Source: a virus. Taken from it: a stretch of DNA of 42,060 nucleotides. This document shows, piece by piece, positions 1-9,349 of this stretch. The first letter of the stretch is position 1. Each line of letters opens with the position of its first letter. The notes below the pieces were generated by a model, which searched no databases, had not been told where the DNA came from, and was given only the letters and a program-made list of their open reading frames with translations. Made by a program: the position numbers and the translations under genes. Location of the stretch: UHGV virus genome UHGV-0469413; one strand, given 5' to 3'.

Positions 1-21
1 GCGCATATAGGCTTATGGTTA
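1..21. repeat. Left copy of perfect 21-bp terminal inverted repeat (GCGCATATAGGCTTATGGTTA); candidate attP P' arm or element terminus
   Basis: Reverse complement of 42040-42060 is identical for 21 nt and symmetry breaks at nt 22. It overlaps the stop codon of the serine recombinase gene. Confidence 0.8.
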
Positions 22-1605
22 AGGACGCAAAGGAATCTTCGGGTATACCGTCAATTCGAAGTTTATATTATGTAAGTCTCCTTTTTTATTGCGCTCATTT
101 TTTACATAGACAATTCGATCTATGACATTTTTTAATAGTGCATTTTTCGCAGAGGCATCTTCCATGCTATCATATACATCGATGATATGGCGCACAGCAG
201 GCAAGAATTTAGTTCGCGCTTGTTCCTGCAATAATTCTCGTTCGTACTGTTCTTGAAGCTCCTGGAGGCTTTCGGTCGCCTCTGTAATCTGATCTGATAG
301 ACTTCTATTTCGTTCCAAAAACACTTCCGATGTATAAATCCCCTGCTCCAAAAGATCATATGTGGACAATAACTGCTTTTTGAGTGTTTCGATCCTGGCC
401 TCGGTATTTTTGATGGCGGACACGCGCAGGGAAAGCGCCGACACAAGAGGAGACTCCTTCTGCCGGAATGGAAGCTCGTAGCGATCAAGCCAGTCCTGCA
501 ACGCGACGAGGAGTTGTTCCTCTATCAAAAAGATAGGGGAAGATATATTATCACAATATCGATTAGGACACTTCATAACGGGATAGTTCACTTTCGTGTT
601 GCTGGCGGCTCGCGTCATAAGCGCACCACATTTCCCGCAGTAGACAAGGCCAGTAAAAGGATTCTGCAACACTTGATTTGAGGATATAGATATGTTCTTT
701 TTTTCGCGCATAATGGCCTGCGCCAATTCAAATATATCTTCGTCAATGATGGGATCATGAAGGGCCTTAATTTTCATACAGTTATCATAGTCCTTTGGCC
801 TCTTTTCAACCAATTCGCCATTGACGATCTTCTTCTCAACTTTTCTCCACCGCCAGCGAACCTTGCCGGTATAGGTAGGATTGGTTAGGATATCTTTTAT
901 GGTTGATCTGGACCACATGGTGCTATTGCGCGGCTGAATATGTAAGCTGTCCAATCTCTTGCTGATCAGATACATTCCCAGGCGCTTAAACTCCCCATTT
1001 TCTTGCAGCTCGCCCCTGGTATACAGATCGTAGATTAAGCGGACAATATCGGCCTCGCTCGGTACGATCTTTAGTGTGTAGCCCTTATCGTTTTTGATCC
1101 GCACGCGCTCATATCCATAGGGGGCTGAACTTGCGATATACTTTCCTTCCTCGACGGAGGCAATGCGTCCACGCTGTATACGACGATTTATGGTTTTGTA
1201 CTCGCGCCTGGACATAAAAAGCCCAAACTCGAAATACTCTTCGTCAAATTCATTCGATGGATCGTATATTTTAACCGGGGTAATAATTTTCGTATTGCTG
1301 AACTTAAATGCCTCGGCGACGGTTCCCTGATCCTTGGTGTCGCCTCGGGCAAGTCGTTCAACTTCCATGACAAGGACGCCTTCCCATAGCCCTTCTTCAA
1401 CTTCGCGAATAACCTGTTGCATCTTGGGCCTGGCAGCGATTGTCTCACCGGATACAATTTCCTTGTATATTCCAGTGACATTCAGGTTCATTTTTTTGGC
1501 AAGTTCTATTAATGTTTTTTCGTGCCGGGCAAGCGTTTCGCCTTCGCCACGGGCTTCGGCATCCATGTCGGCGCGGCTCTTTCGTAGATAGATTAAGTAT
1601 GGCAT
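19..1605 (-). CDS. int: Large serine recombinase (phage integrase, resolvase/invertase N-domain + Recombinase domain + zinc ribbon + coiled coil)
   Basis: 528 aa. N-terminal YLRKSRAD catalytic region. Recombinase-domain motif WSRSTIKDILTNPTYTGK. Zinc ribbon CGKCG...KCPNRYC. C-terminal coiled coil. RBS GAGGT before the ATG. Confidence 0.9.
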   Translation of the reverse strand: MPYLIYLRKSRADMDAEARGEGETLARHEKTLIELAKKMNLNVTGIYKEIVSGETIAARPKMQQVIREVEEGLWEGVLVMEVERLARGDTKDQGTVAEAFKFSNTKIITPVKIYDPSNEFDEEYFEFGLFMSRREYKTINRRIQRGRIASVEEGKYIASSAPYGYERVRIKNDKGYTLKIVPSEADIVRLIYDLYTRGELQENGEFKRLGMYLISKRLDSLHIQPRNSTMWSRSTIKDILTNPTYTGKVRWRWRKVEKKIVNGELVEKRPKDYDNCMKIKALHDPIIDEDIFELAQAIMREKKNISISSNQVLQNPFTGLVYCGKCGALMTRAASNTKVNYPVMKCPNRYCDNISSPIFLIEEQLLVALQDWLDRYELPFRQKESPLVSALSLRVSAIKNTEARIETLKKQLLSTYDLLEQGIYTSEVFLERNRSLSDQITEATESLQELQEQYERELLQEQARTKFLPAVRHIIDVYDSMEDASAKNALLKNVIDRIVYVKNERNKKGDLHNINFELTVYPKIPLRP

Positions 1606-1617
1606 AGAATTACCTCG

Positions 1618-2130
1618 TTAATAACATTTTGAGCATGGGGTATACCCCATATCTTCGGCTTCGGATCGCGGGATTTCTTCGGGAGCATTCATGTTGGAAC
1701 AACCTTGGCTAGAGTGATAACGTTTCCCCTTTGCTGTTACCCATACCATATCATTAAATCTTTTGCGCCCTTCATACACATCAAGGGCTGGTACATTAAG
1801 ATTTGAGTAAGGTTCATCTTGAGCAAAATTATATCCCCCTTCAAATCCATCTATAAAACCAAGGCTATATCCCTTTTTATATCCATCATCAAAACTTTCA
1901 TATCTTGATTGACCTTCAACAAACCCTTCATTATAACCAGCATCATAAGCAAGGTTGTCGTGGACTTGTTCGCCTTGCTCATATCCTTTTGAATACTCGG
2001 CGGAAGCACACGATGATAATTCAAATTCTAACCGCGCTTCATATCTATTTTGTTGGGACAATAGAGCGATAGTAAATGCAGCAATAATCAAACTCATAAC
2101 GCCCAGTATTGTAAATCTTCTTTTTTTCAT
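1618..2130 (-). CDS. Secreted or membrane-anchored protein with GY/GF-rich repeats and a C-terminal Cys motif (moron between int and repressor)
   Basis: 170 aa. N-terminal signal/TM segment MKKRRFTILGVMSLIIAAFTIALLS. Repeats of G[YF]xxG. C-terminal GKRYH..C...GYTPCSKC. RBS GGGGGA. Confidence 0.6.
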   Translation of the reverse strand: MKKRRFTILGVMSLIIAAFTIALLSQQNRYEARLEFELSSCASAEYSKGYEQGEQVHDNLAYDAGYNEGFVEGQSRYESFDDGYKKGYSLGFIDGFEGGYNFAQDEPYSNLNVPALDVYEGRKRFNDMVWVTAKGKRYHSSQGCSNMNAPEEIPRSEAEDMGYTPCSKCY

Positions 2131-2172
2131 AAAATCCCCCCAAAAATGTCAGTATCATATTTTGATAAAAGC

Positions 2173-2562
2173 TTAATTTTTTAATTGATTAATAATCTCA
2201 TTTCTTTTTTCTTGCTGTGCAGCAGTCAATCCGATATATTCAGCAATATCCTCAAGTGAATCTTCAATGTTACTAATTTTGAGGCCCATATCATATGTGC
2301 TATCCTGCAAATTGCCGATTTGCTTGCGAATGACAGCAACATCTTCTTTAGTGGCATAATTATCGGAAGTAGAATTTGTGGAAACAGTTGTTGCATTATC
2401 CGATGAGAGCATCGAGACTTGCTGTTGAAGGTCATTTACCTGTTGAGATAAATAAAAGTTTGAAAAAATTAAAAAGGCAACGCCGCATATTAATAGCAGA
2501 ATTAAAAAATATGAAAATCTTGGTTTATTATGTTCAATTTCATCATAATTATCTTTTCTCAT
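2173..2562 (-). CDS. Small membrane protein with coiled-coil region (possible superinfection-exclusion moron)
   Basis: 129 aa. One TM helix (FSYFLILLLICGVAFLIF). RBS GGAGGG. AT-rich relative to the phage backbone. Confidence 0.55.
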   Translation of the reverse strand: MRKDNYDEIEHNKPRFSYFLILLLICGVAFLIFSNFYLSQQVNDLQQQVSMLSSDNATTVSTNSTSDNYATKEDVAVIRKQIGNLQDSTYDMGLKISNIEDSLEDIAEYIGLTAAQQEKRNEIINQLKN

Positions 2563-2813
2563 AGTGATACACCCTCCAATTAATGGATTTATTTACCAGT
2601 ATTTCCTTTATTTTACATATTGTATAATAGTTTTGCACCCAGCCTCACCAATAGAAAGAGGTTGATCATTATGTCAAAGAAATACATATGTTACAGCAGG
2701 CACGAGATATACGCGATATACTATCGGGAGACTCGAATCATCTACTATAATATTGACTTCTGTGGCACGACTAAAATCATACTACTATTCTAATGACGGA
2801 CCGGCTGGGTGTT

Positions 2814-3269
2814 TTATCCTGCCGTTTCAGTGCGAACATCCACCGGCGGGAACTGGCGCTCTAACTCTTCGGATGTATTTGGTACACCGTCAAAAATAGA
2901 TTTCCTGGTTGGTATGCCGAAATTATCAAGGAAGCGATCCAGGAATTGCGTTCTAAGCTGTGGATCGATTTCAAAATAAGCCTTTAAAATTCCAAGCTCC
3001 CGATCAGACATTCCGTGATCCTTTGCGAACTTATCCAGGCTGAATACATTGGGTTGCATAGATTTTGGGCCGACTCCATCGCGCAACCATTTTTCGTTAA
3101 TAAGGAATGTTTGGCATATAGATTTAATGGTTACATCAGAAGCATTGTGGCCTTCCTGTTCAATATGGCTCACGCCTCTCTGGGTTAGACCGATTTTTTT
3201 TGCAAAGTCGCTTTGATTCAGCCCAGATTCTTTTCTCACATCTTTTATTCTGGAATTTATACTATTCAA
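2814..3269 (-). CDS. XRE-family HTH transcriptional repressor (cI-like)
   Basis: HTH_3 motif GLNQSDFAKKIGLTQRGVSHIE. Likely TTG start at 3269 preceded by AGGAGGTGA. The ORF track extends it to a TTG at 3320. Confidence 0.8.
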   Translation of the reverse strand: MNSINSRIKDVRKESGLNQSDFAKKIGLTQRGVSHIEQEGHNASDVTIKSICQTFLINEKWLRDGVGPKSMQPNVFSLDKFAKDHGMSDRELGILKAYFEIDPQLRTQFLDRFLDNFGIPTRKSIFDGVPNTSEELERQFPPVDVRTETAG

Positions 3270-3296
3270 AAAATCACCTCCTGAATTGAATATAGC

Positions 3297-3391
3297 AGTG
3301 AAGTCTAAAAAAGTCAACAAAAATAAAATATTATATTGACAAATAGCATTAAAGGCTATATTATTGAGATATAAAAGAAGTGAAGTCTAAA
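3297..3391. promoter_or_regulatory. Divergent lysis-lysogeny switch region: two 13-bp direct repeats (AGTGAAGTCTAAA at 3297-3309 and 3379-3391) flank a consensus TTGACA-17-TATTAT rightward promoter (3335-3363)
   Basis: Exact 13-bp repeat twice in the intergenic region between the repressor gene and the first rightward gene. -35/-10 hexamers are perfect with 17-nt spacing. Confidence 0.5.
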
Positions 3392-3407
3392 GAGAGGAGG
3401 AAACCAA

Positions 3408-3590
3408 ATGTCATGTAGAAGCGATACAGAAACCTTTTTGAACATGGAATTGCTGCCAGAAGCAGAGGAGATGGCAAAACTTTTAAAAGAAATACCGGTA
3501 GAAGCACAAAAGGCAATGTTTAACCAGATGATCGGAATGAAGATCATGGAGCAGATATATGATCCTGGTGGTGATAAGCGATCAGCATAG
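3408..3590 (+). CDS. Small early protein in Cro position (no recognisable HTH)
   Basis: 60 aa. Strong RBS AGAGGAGGAA 7 nt before the ATG. First gene of the rightward operon. Confidence 0.5.
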   Translation: MSCRSDTETFLNMELLPEAEEMAKLLKEIPVEAQKAMFNQMIGMKIMEQIYDPGGDKRSA

Positions 3591-3600
3591 GAGGGAGGAA

Positions 3601-4179
3601 ATGTTTTTAAGAAAGGAAAAAGAAAAGCCTGAGCAGATACAGGTTGTAATTAAAGAAGGGAACCGTTCTGACATCTTATGTATGGGAATCCCCGAAGGAA
3701 TAGCCTTTGTTTCCCGCCTATTACAGTTGGGAGCATTTAAGGTAGAGGTTACGCGCTCCCCGAAGTTTACGGGGAATCTGGATGAACTACTAAAAGAATT
3801 GACATCTGGAAACATTGAACACAATTCCGAACGGGCTACCAAAGAACTTGTAAAAAATGGGCAGAGGCCTAATGAACGGTATAATTTTTACAATATGGTA
3901 TCAGAGCAGTATGGAGAGCTGAGAAGAATAGACGCTATCGGGATTGTGGATTCCTTGAATAAGCAACATATTTTTGAATCCATTATTAAAAATAGTGAGG
4001 ATAAAACTTGGGAAGCTTCTCTTTATATAGCGGCAATGCTGAGAATCATGGGTGAAGTTATCAGAAATATCGATTATGATACCTTAACGCCAGATGAAAG
4101 ACGTATGCTGGGCGGGAATTTCATAAAAGACCTGGAAGGGCTGAAACGATATCTGGGAATAACAGCAGAGGCCCCATAG
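3601..4179 (+). CDS. Hypothetical early protein
   Basis: ATG at 3601 with RBS GGAGGGAGGAA. The track ORF begins upstream at 3559. Confidence 0.6.
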   Translation: MFLRKEKEKPEQIQVVIKEGNRSDILCMGIPEGIAFVSRLLQLGAFKVEVTRSPKFTGNLDELLKELTSGNIEHNSERATKELVKNGQRPNERYNFYNMVSEQYGELRRIDAIGIVDSLNKQHIFESIIKNSEDKTWEASLYIAAMLRIMGEVIRNIDYDTLTPDERRMLGGNFIKDLEGLKRYLGITAEAP

Positions 4180-4195
4180 AGGGGCCGGGAATTTT
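4170..4195 (+). terminator. Putative intrinsic terminator (GGCCCC-ATAGA-GGGGCC stem-loop followed by a short T-run)
   Basis: Perfect 6-bp GC stem between convergent genes. A similar GCCCCATAGGGGC hairpin recurs at 8481-8493. Confidence 0.35.
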
Positions 4196-4202
4196 ACAAC
4201 TA

Positions 4203-4622
4203 TCATAAGATGAGGCCAGCAAGCGCGATAAGAGAAGTAACAACCCAAGGAATCCAAAAAAGCCTTTGATTATGTAAATATTCGTTGATATAGGCGCTCC
4301 CAGCATATGAGGAAATTAAGTGAATGCCATGAGTATTGTTAAAACTGCCGAGAGTATCAGATTTTTCATAGCGACGCAATTCATTAAGTTCGTCCAATTC
4401 GAAAGAGGCGCTGCAAGTATACTCAATTAATCCACTATTTTTAAGAAACTCAATAGTGTTTAAAAATCGTTTTGAAAAGAATTGTTTCCGATATTGGAAA
4501 AATGGGAATGTAGGCTTGAAACGAAATTTCTTAGAGAATTTCGCCACTAAATCATCATAGCCAATAAAGGGGTGGCTGTCGATGCAGTATAGAATGTCAA
4601 AGCATTCTTTGGGAAGTTTCAT
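4203..4622 (-). CDS. Hypothetical protein with C-terminal TM segment
   Basis: 139 aa. RBS GGAGGAA. Confidence 0.6.
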   Translation of the reverse strand: MKLPKECFDILYCIDSHPFIGYDDLVAKFSKKFRFKPTFPFFQYRKQFFSKRFLNTIEFLKNSGLIEYTCSASFELDELNELRRYEKSDTLGSFNNTHGIHLISSYAGSAYINEYLHNQRLFWIPWVVTSLIALAGLIL

Positions 4623-4737
4623 AAAATTCCTCCGTCATATGTACTCGGCCTGGCGGGGCCTGTAAGTACATTATAAACGGGAGGGGAAGAAAAGGCAACA
4701 TGATGGACAATCAGTACCACATAAGATAGACAAGGAG

Positions 4738-4959
4738 GTGGTCTGTATGCCAAAAAGAAGAACTGTACCAATCGAGCAGGGAAATGTGGTACTAACGGTA
4801 GTCAAGAACGGCGCAAAGGTGTATTTCTGTGACGATTGCTGCCGGGATAAGACGGAAGAGGAAGTACAGGAAATCTTGCAAAGGACGGCTGATGAATTAC
4901 TCCCCAGGCTGCGAGCCGAGCACGAGCGCAGGCTGCGAGCCGGGACAGCTACAAAATAA
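4738..4959 (+). CDS. Small Cys-containing hypothetical protein
   Basis: 73 aa. RBS AAGGAGGTG. CDDCC motif. Confidence 0.55.
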   Translation: MVCMPKRRTVPIEQGNVVLTVVKNGAKVYFCDDCCRDKTEEEVQEILQRTADELLPRLRAEHERRLRAGTATK

Positions 4960-5006
4960 CAGGCCCGCCGCAAGGCGGAGCCGGTGGACAAGCCGAGGAG
5001 GATAAT

Positions 5007-5447
5007 GTGAAAAGCGCATGGATGTCGGAGCAGGGGAAAGACCTGCTGACCAAGGGTGAATATACCCAAACCATTGAAATGACCGAAAAACAGAACGTAA
5101 ACCTGAATCTGCTGGCCTATAAGGCCGGATATAGTAACCCCAAGGAAATGCTGGAGACGATGATAGGCGATCTCACCGGATGGGGAGAGACAAGCCCCTG
5201 CCCGGAGACTATGCGGCAGTGGTACGCGGACGCCCACGAAGAATCGCTGAAAACATATCATTTTCGCTTCTATCTGTACAACTACGACTACAACATGGAG
5301 CATCTGAACGATATGCTCTCTGACATGAACCAGTTCGAGGAGGACTACCAGAATTATCTTGATGAGAGCGACGGAATGATCACGGAACCGTGGGAGCGCT
5401 GCCTGGAGGTCGCCCGGGAAATCTATAATGAGGGAGGGTTCAACTGA
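5007..5447 (+). CDS. Hypothetical acidic protein
   Basis: 146 aa. GTG start after GAGGAGGAT. Confidence 0.55.
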   Translation: MKSAWMSEQGKDLLTKGEYTQTIEMTEKQNVNLNLLAYKAGYSNPKEMLETMIGDLTGWGETSPCPETMRQWYADAHEESLKTYHFRFYLYNYDYNMEHLNDMLSDMNQFEEDYQNYLDESDGMITEPWERCLEVAREIYNEGGFN

Positions 5448-5590
5448 TGAAATCAGCGAAATTCTGGCGCAAGCAGTTTTACGCCGCATGGCACGACGCG
5501 GAGTTCTGGAAGAGTTGGACCGTTGGCCTTGCCCTGATCAACCTGTTTTTGTCGGCCACAATCATCTATCTGTTATATTTTTGGAGGTGA
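5447..5590 (+). CDS. Small hydrophobic (1 TM) protein
   Basis: 47 aa. ATGA start/stop overlap with the previous gene. TM segment LALINLFLSATIIYLLYF. Confidence 0.4.
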   Translation: MKSAKFWRKQFYAAWHDAEFWKSWTVGLALINLFLSATIIYLLYFWR

Positions 5591-5594
5591 CAGC

Positions 5595-5873
5595 ATGTAC
5601 ATAATCGCGCACGAGCCTGATATCGGTATGATCAGGTTCTACAAGGGTAAGGAAAACGGAGAAAATCTGTTCACAAGCGGCGTGGGAGCAACAAAATATG
5701 CCATCAAATACAAAACTTTTGCCGGAGCTGAGAAGGCGACAAAGGAATTGAGGGAATTGCCGGGAGGTAAAAAGGCCAGATTGTTCATTATGCCGGAGGA
5801 AGTCTATGTGGCGTACGAAGAATGGGCTGATCGGCAGGCCACAAAGTTAAGAAAGGAAGCTGGAATAGAGTGA
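5595..5873 (+). CDS. Hypothetical protein
   Basis: 92 aa. RBS TGGAGGTGA. Confidence 0.6.
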   Translation: MYIIAHEPDIGMIRFYKGKENGENLFTSGVGATKYAIKYKTFAGAEKATKELRELPGGKKARLFIMPEEVYVAYEEWADRQATKLRKEAGIE

Positions 5874-6034
5874 GAAAAGACTGGTATCGCTGCGAGGGTT
5901 GCGGCTGTAGGCTGGACCCGGGAGAAGGGCGCATGTGCGATGAATGTCGTGAGGTACAGAAGATCAGATACAACCAGATCAAGGCCGAAAAAGACGGCCA
6001 GTACCGCATGATCCTGGCACATGCTTCAAAATGA
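5870..6034 (+). CDS. Small CxxC...CxxC zinc-ribbon protein
   Basis: 54 aa. GTG start overlapping the upstream stop. Two CxxC pairs. Confidence 0.35.
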   Translation: MRKDWYRCEGCGCRLDPGEGRMCDECREVQKIRYNQIKAEKDGQYRMILAHASK

Positions 6035-6128
6035 AGGAGGCCCCAGCGATACGCGGAATATCACCAGGGCCGGAAAAGTTACTACAATTAATATACCCCA
6101 AATCGCGGATTTTTTCAAGGAGAATTTC

Positions 6129-6887
6129 ATGAGAATTATCAACATAATCAACCTGAAAGGCGGGGTTGGTAAGACCACCACCGCCATGGAAATGGGATAC
6201 ATATTACATCATAAGTACGGGTACTCCGTGCTGCTGGTGGATAACGATAAGCAGGGCAATCTTAGTAGGGGAATGGACCTGTACACAGACAGCGGCATAT
6301 GCCCAACGGCCCGCCTGCTGTCAGGGGAGCCAGTGCAAGACCTGATCCACCACGACGGCATAGACACCATAGCCGCCAACATGTCCCTGCTGACCGTTAT
6401 CCACCGCCTGACCTCAAGGGGGCAGATCGTAACCAGCAGTTATCAAAGCCTGCGGAAAGCCAGGACCCAGGACGGGAAGCCATACGACTACGTGATCATT
6501 GACAACCCCCCGGACCTGGGGATCAACGTGATTAACGCCCTGATGGTCACCGACGACGTGATCATCCCCACCAAGATAGACCAGTGGGCGCTCGAAGGGC
6601 TGGATATCATCGGGGACCAGATCGCGGAGATCAAGCAGGTAAACCCTGGAATCCGCCTGGCGGAGGCATTGATAACCATGTACCGCAATACACCGGCCTG
6701 CGATGCCGGATTAGATTGGCTCCATAAGCACAACTACGGCGCTTTCGACACCGTGATCCGTTATAGCGAAAAGGCTGCGGAGTGCACCTTCTTCGGACAG
6801 TCCCTCCAGGAGTACAGTCCCAGGAGCGCAGCAGCCGTATCTTACCGCCGGTTCGTGGCGGAATATCTGAGGGGGACAAGCCAGTGA
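6129..6887 (+). CDS. parA: ParA/Soj-family ATPase
   Basis: Deviant Walker A KGGVGKTTTA near the N-terminus. ATG at 6129 with RBS AAGGAGAA. The track ORF starts upstream. Confidence 0.85.
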   Translation: MRIINIINLKGGVGKTTTAMEMGYILHHKYGYSVLLVDNDKQGNLSRGMDLYTDSGICPTARLLSGEPVQDLIHHDGIDTIAANMSLLTVIHRLTSRGQIVTSSYQSLRKARTQDGKPYDYVIIDNPPDLGINVINALMVTDDVIIPTKIDQWALEGLDIIGDQIAEIKQVNPGIRLAEALITMYRNTPACDAGLDWLHKHNYGAFDTVIRYSEKAAECTFFGQSLQEYSPRSAAAVSYRRFVAEYLRGTSQ

Positions 6888-7192
6888 AGGGAATCATAAC
6901 AGAGTATGACAATATCTGTGCCTGCTGCGGGAAACCTGCGGAAGCAGAACATCACTTGATTTTTGGAAAATCAAGAGACTTTTCGGAGGAAAACGGCCTG
7001 AAAATCCCATTGTGCCACAAGTGCCACAATATGGGGAAAACCCTGGAACGCATCCACGATAATTCCATGGCAGAGTGGCTATCCAAAGTTGTAGGACAGC
7101 TCGGATGGGAAAAACATGCGGTAGCCAGTGGCATGACCGAGAAAGAGGCGCGGGAAGCGTTTCAGCAGTGCCACGGTGAGAATTATCTTTAG
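6884..7192 (+). CDS. HNH endonuclease
   Basis: CACCG...EHHLIFG...LCHKCHN motif. GTG start overlapping the parA stop. Confidence 0.7.
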   Translation: MKGIITEYDNICACCGKPAEAEHHLIFGKSRDFSEENGLKIPLCHKCHNMGKTLERIHDNSMAEWLSKVVGQLGWEKHAVASGMTEKEAREAFQQCHGENYL

Positions 7193-7204
7193 GAGGCAAT
7201 AAGC

Positions 7205-8209
7205 ATGGGAAAGTGGTCCGTAATGGAATTGATCGGCATATCTGCCGACGACGAGCAAGATTTTCAGGAAATTATGCTCTCCCCTTACGAGGTGGAAGCA
7301 TCAGAAACCAATTTCTACAGTCAGGAAAACATCGAAGAGCTGGCGGACTCAATTCGCATGGTCGGCCAGCAGCAACCGACGGTACTGGGTCGCGTGGATG
7401 GCGTCTATAAGATCATCAGCGGTCACCGTCGCAATCTCGCCAATATCCATAATATCGAAACCGGGGCCTTCCCCCGTGATTATCAAGCAAAATATCTCTA
7501 CAAGGACATGACCCCGGCCATGCTGGAGCTGTCCCTGATCGTCGGCAACGCCTTCAATCGTCGCCTGACCCCCTACGAGGAGACGGAACAGGCCGCGCGC
7601 CTGAAAGCTGCGCTGATCCGCGCCCGAGACGAGGATGGGCTGGAGATCACCGGGAAACTGCGAGACGTGGTAGCCGACATCCTCCAGACCAGCCGCACGA
7701 AGGTAGCGCGCATGGACAAGATCAACAACAGTCTGGAACCGGAGGCCCGTGAACAGTTCAAAGCTGGGAAACTGGGGAAATCTGCGGCCTATGAGACGGC
7801 GAAACTGCCGGAGGAAGAGCAGCGCCAGATCGCTGCCCAGGCCGCAGCCGGAAAAGCGGTCAAACACAAGGAGGTTGCGGAGAAGGTGGCCGAAAAGAAG
7901 GCTGAACAGGCCGCAGCCCGCGCCGAGAAAGCCGCCAAGAAAGCGGAAGCAGCTCAGACAGCCGCCGCCCAGGCAGGACTCCAGGCAGAGCGCGCAGCGG
8001 AAAGCGCCGACACCAGCGCAACACTGACATCTGCCCACATGAATCCGCCGGAACCTGCTGAACAGCAGGAATGGACTACCAGGGATTGGGCAATCTACCA
8101 CCTCCGGGAGCTGATGGGCGTGGCAAGCTATATTACAGAGGATGATCTGATCGTATTGCAGGACATTTTAATGGCCGCGACAGGGAGGCGAGACAATGAA
8201 CGATGCTAA
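7205..8209 (+). CDS. ParB-like nuclease domain protein (IbrB-like), Ala/Lys-rich C-terminus
   Basis: ParB-N motif KIISGHRRNLA. RBS TAGGAGG. Confidence 0.8.
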   Translation: MGKWSVMELIGISADDEQDFQEIMLSPYEVEASETNFYSQENIEELADSIRMVGQQQPTVLGRVDGVYKIISGHRRNLANIHNIETGAFPRDYQAKYLYKDMTPAMLELSLIVGNAFNRRLTPYEETEQAARLKAALIRARDEDGLEITGKLRDVVADILQTSRTKVARMDKINNSLEPEAREQFKAGKLGKSAAYETAKLPEEEQRQIAAQAAAGKAVKHKEVAEKVAEKKAEQAAARAEKAAKKAEAAQTAAAQAGLQAERAAESADTSATLTSAHMNPPEPAEQQEWTTRDWAIYHLRELMGVASYITEDDLIVLQDILMAATGRRDNERC

Positions 8210-8474
8210 ACTGCGGGGCGCAATTACTCCCCGCGAAATTTCACAACTGCGGGCCAGACTTAGAGTAGGCCAGAAGATTCCTTGCCGCATTGAAATTGCC
8301 TGTTTTGGGCGCGGCGAGCGCGAACGCTTCTTCGAGGAGGCAATCCGCAAGCTGCCGGTCAAGCGCAAGTATCGCCACATTGTGGAGGTATCCGGCATGG
8401 GGATATACAGGGACACCACCATATCATACGCGGAGCTTGCCCTTCTGCTGCGCGCAGAGGGGAGAAGAATATAA
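8196..8474 (+). CDS. Hypothetical protein
   Basis: 92 aa. RBS GGGAGG. Overlaps the parB-like stop. Confidence 0.45.
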   Translation: MNDAKLRGAITPREISQLRARLRVGQKIPCRIEIACFGRGERERFFEEAIRKLPVKRKYRHIVEVSGMGIYRDTTISYAELALLLRAEGRRI

Positions 8475-8508
8475 TCATACGCCCCATAGGGGCGAGAAAG
8501 GGGTACAT

Positions 8509-9024
8509 ATGAAACACAACGATGGTTACATGGACCTGCTCGCAGCAGCATTTGATCACCCGGACGGTTTTGAGGTGATCGAAAATTCCAAGCATTTGAA
8601 TAATCGCCAGAAGCACATTTTACTGGCTTACTACCGCGACGGCAAGTCATACGCCGAAATTGGGGAAGAATTGGGAGTGGTCAGTGATCGCGTAAAGCAG
8701 ATTGCAAAGCACTCGATGGATCACGTTCGCATGACATTACTTTGCGCGTGCATGACCAGCATTAAGCGCCAGGAATATCAGCAGCCGGTACTTGAGTATG
8801 AGGGGATGAGCGTTCGGAGCCGTAACGCACTCATGCGCAATAAGCTCACATCTGCCACAAAAATCATGGAGTTTTTGCAGAAAAATAATGATATGGAGCC
8901 GGAAGAGGCCCTCATGCAGATGCGCAACGTGGGCCGGAAGAGCGCTCGTGAAATCTATCAGTATCTTGTGCAGCGGAACCTTTTCCTTCCCGCGGTGATT
9001 GAGCGCGGGAAAAAAGTAGCATAG
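8509..9024 (+). CDS. Sigma-70 region 4-type HTH protein with a C-terminal RpoA-CTD-like helix-hairpin-helix domain; candidate late-gene activator
   Basis: LNNRQKHILLAYYRDGKSYAEIGEELGVVSDRVKQI resembles sigma region 4. C-terminal MSVRSRNALMRNKLTS...MRNVGRKSAREIYQYL resembles alpha-CTD. ATG at 8509 with RBS AAAGGGGT. Confidence 0.6.
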   Translation: MKHNDGYMDLLAAAFDHPDGFEVIENSKHLNNRQKHILLAYYRDGKSYAEIGEELGVVSDRVKQIAKHSMDHVRMTLLCACMTSIKRQEYQQPVLEYEGMSVRSRNALMRNKLTSATKIMEFLQKNNDMEPEEALMQMRNVGRKSAREIYQYLVQRNLFLPAVIERGKKVA

Positions 9025-9064
9025 CATCAGCCCCGCCGGTTCAAGGCGGGGAGAAGGGAAAAAT

Positions 9065-9349
9065 ATGATACAACAACAGTTAAGTGAAATCTTTCTTGCA
9101 TTAGCGCATGGCCGCAGATCATACGGCGGATTTGTGCGATTGACTGATTTTGAAAATGAAATCCTGGAAGGCCATCGATTGATCAAATTACAGGCGGAAG
9201 CCGCGATTGAATCGGTGAAGGGGTTAGATAAGTCCGCAATACTGCCCAAGGTGACATACATAACATTGAAAACTGAGGATGAGGCATTGGTGGCTTGGTT
9301 TTTTGCAGAGGGGGACAAACATGGGGATGGAAGTATTCGCAAATTATGA
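9065..9349 (+). CDS. Hypothetical protein
   Basis: 94 aa. RBS GGGGAGAAGGGA. Confidence 0.5.
   Translation: MIQQQLSEIFLALAHGRRSYGGFVRLTDFENEILEGHRLIKLQAEAAIESVKGLDKSAILPKVTYITLKTEDEALVAWFFAEGDKHGDGSIRKL

Noticed and set aside
4671-5489. 272-aa minus-strand ORF
   Set aside because: It overlaps three plus-strand ORFs that all have good RBSs and sensible composition. Its own sequence is low-complexity (runs of V, L and S), which is typical of an antisense artefact in GC-rich DNA.
7349-8101. 250-aa minus-strand ORF
   Set aside because: Antisense to the ParB-like gene. Cys/Gly/Leu-rich low-complexity sequence with no RBS.
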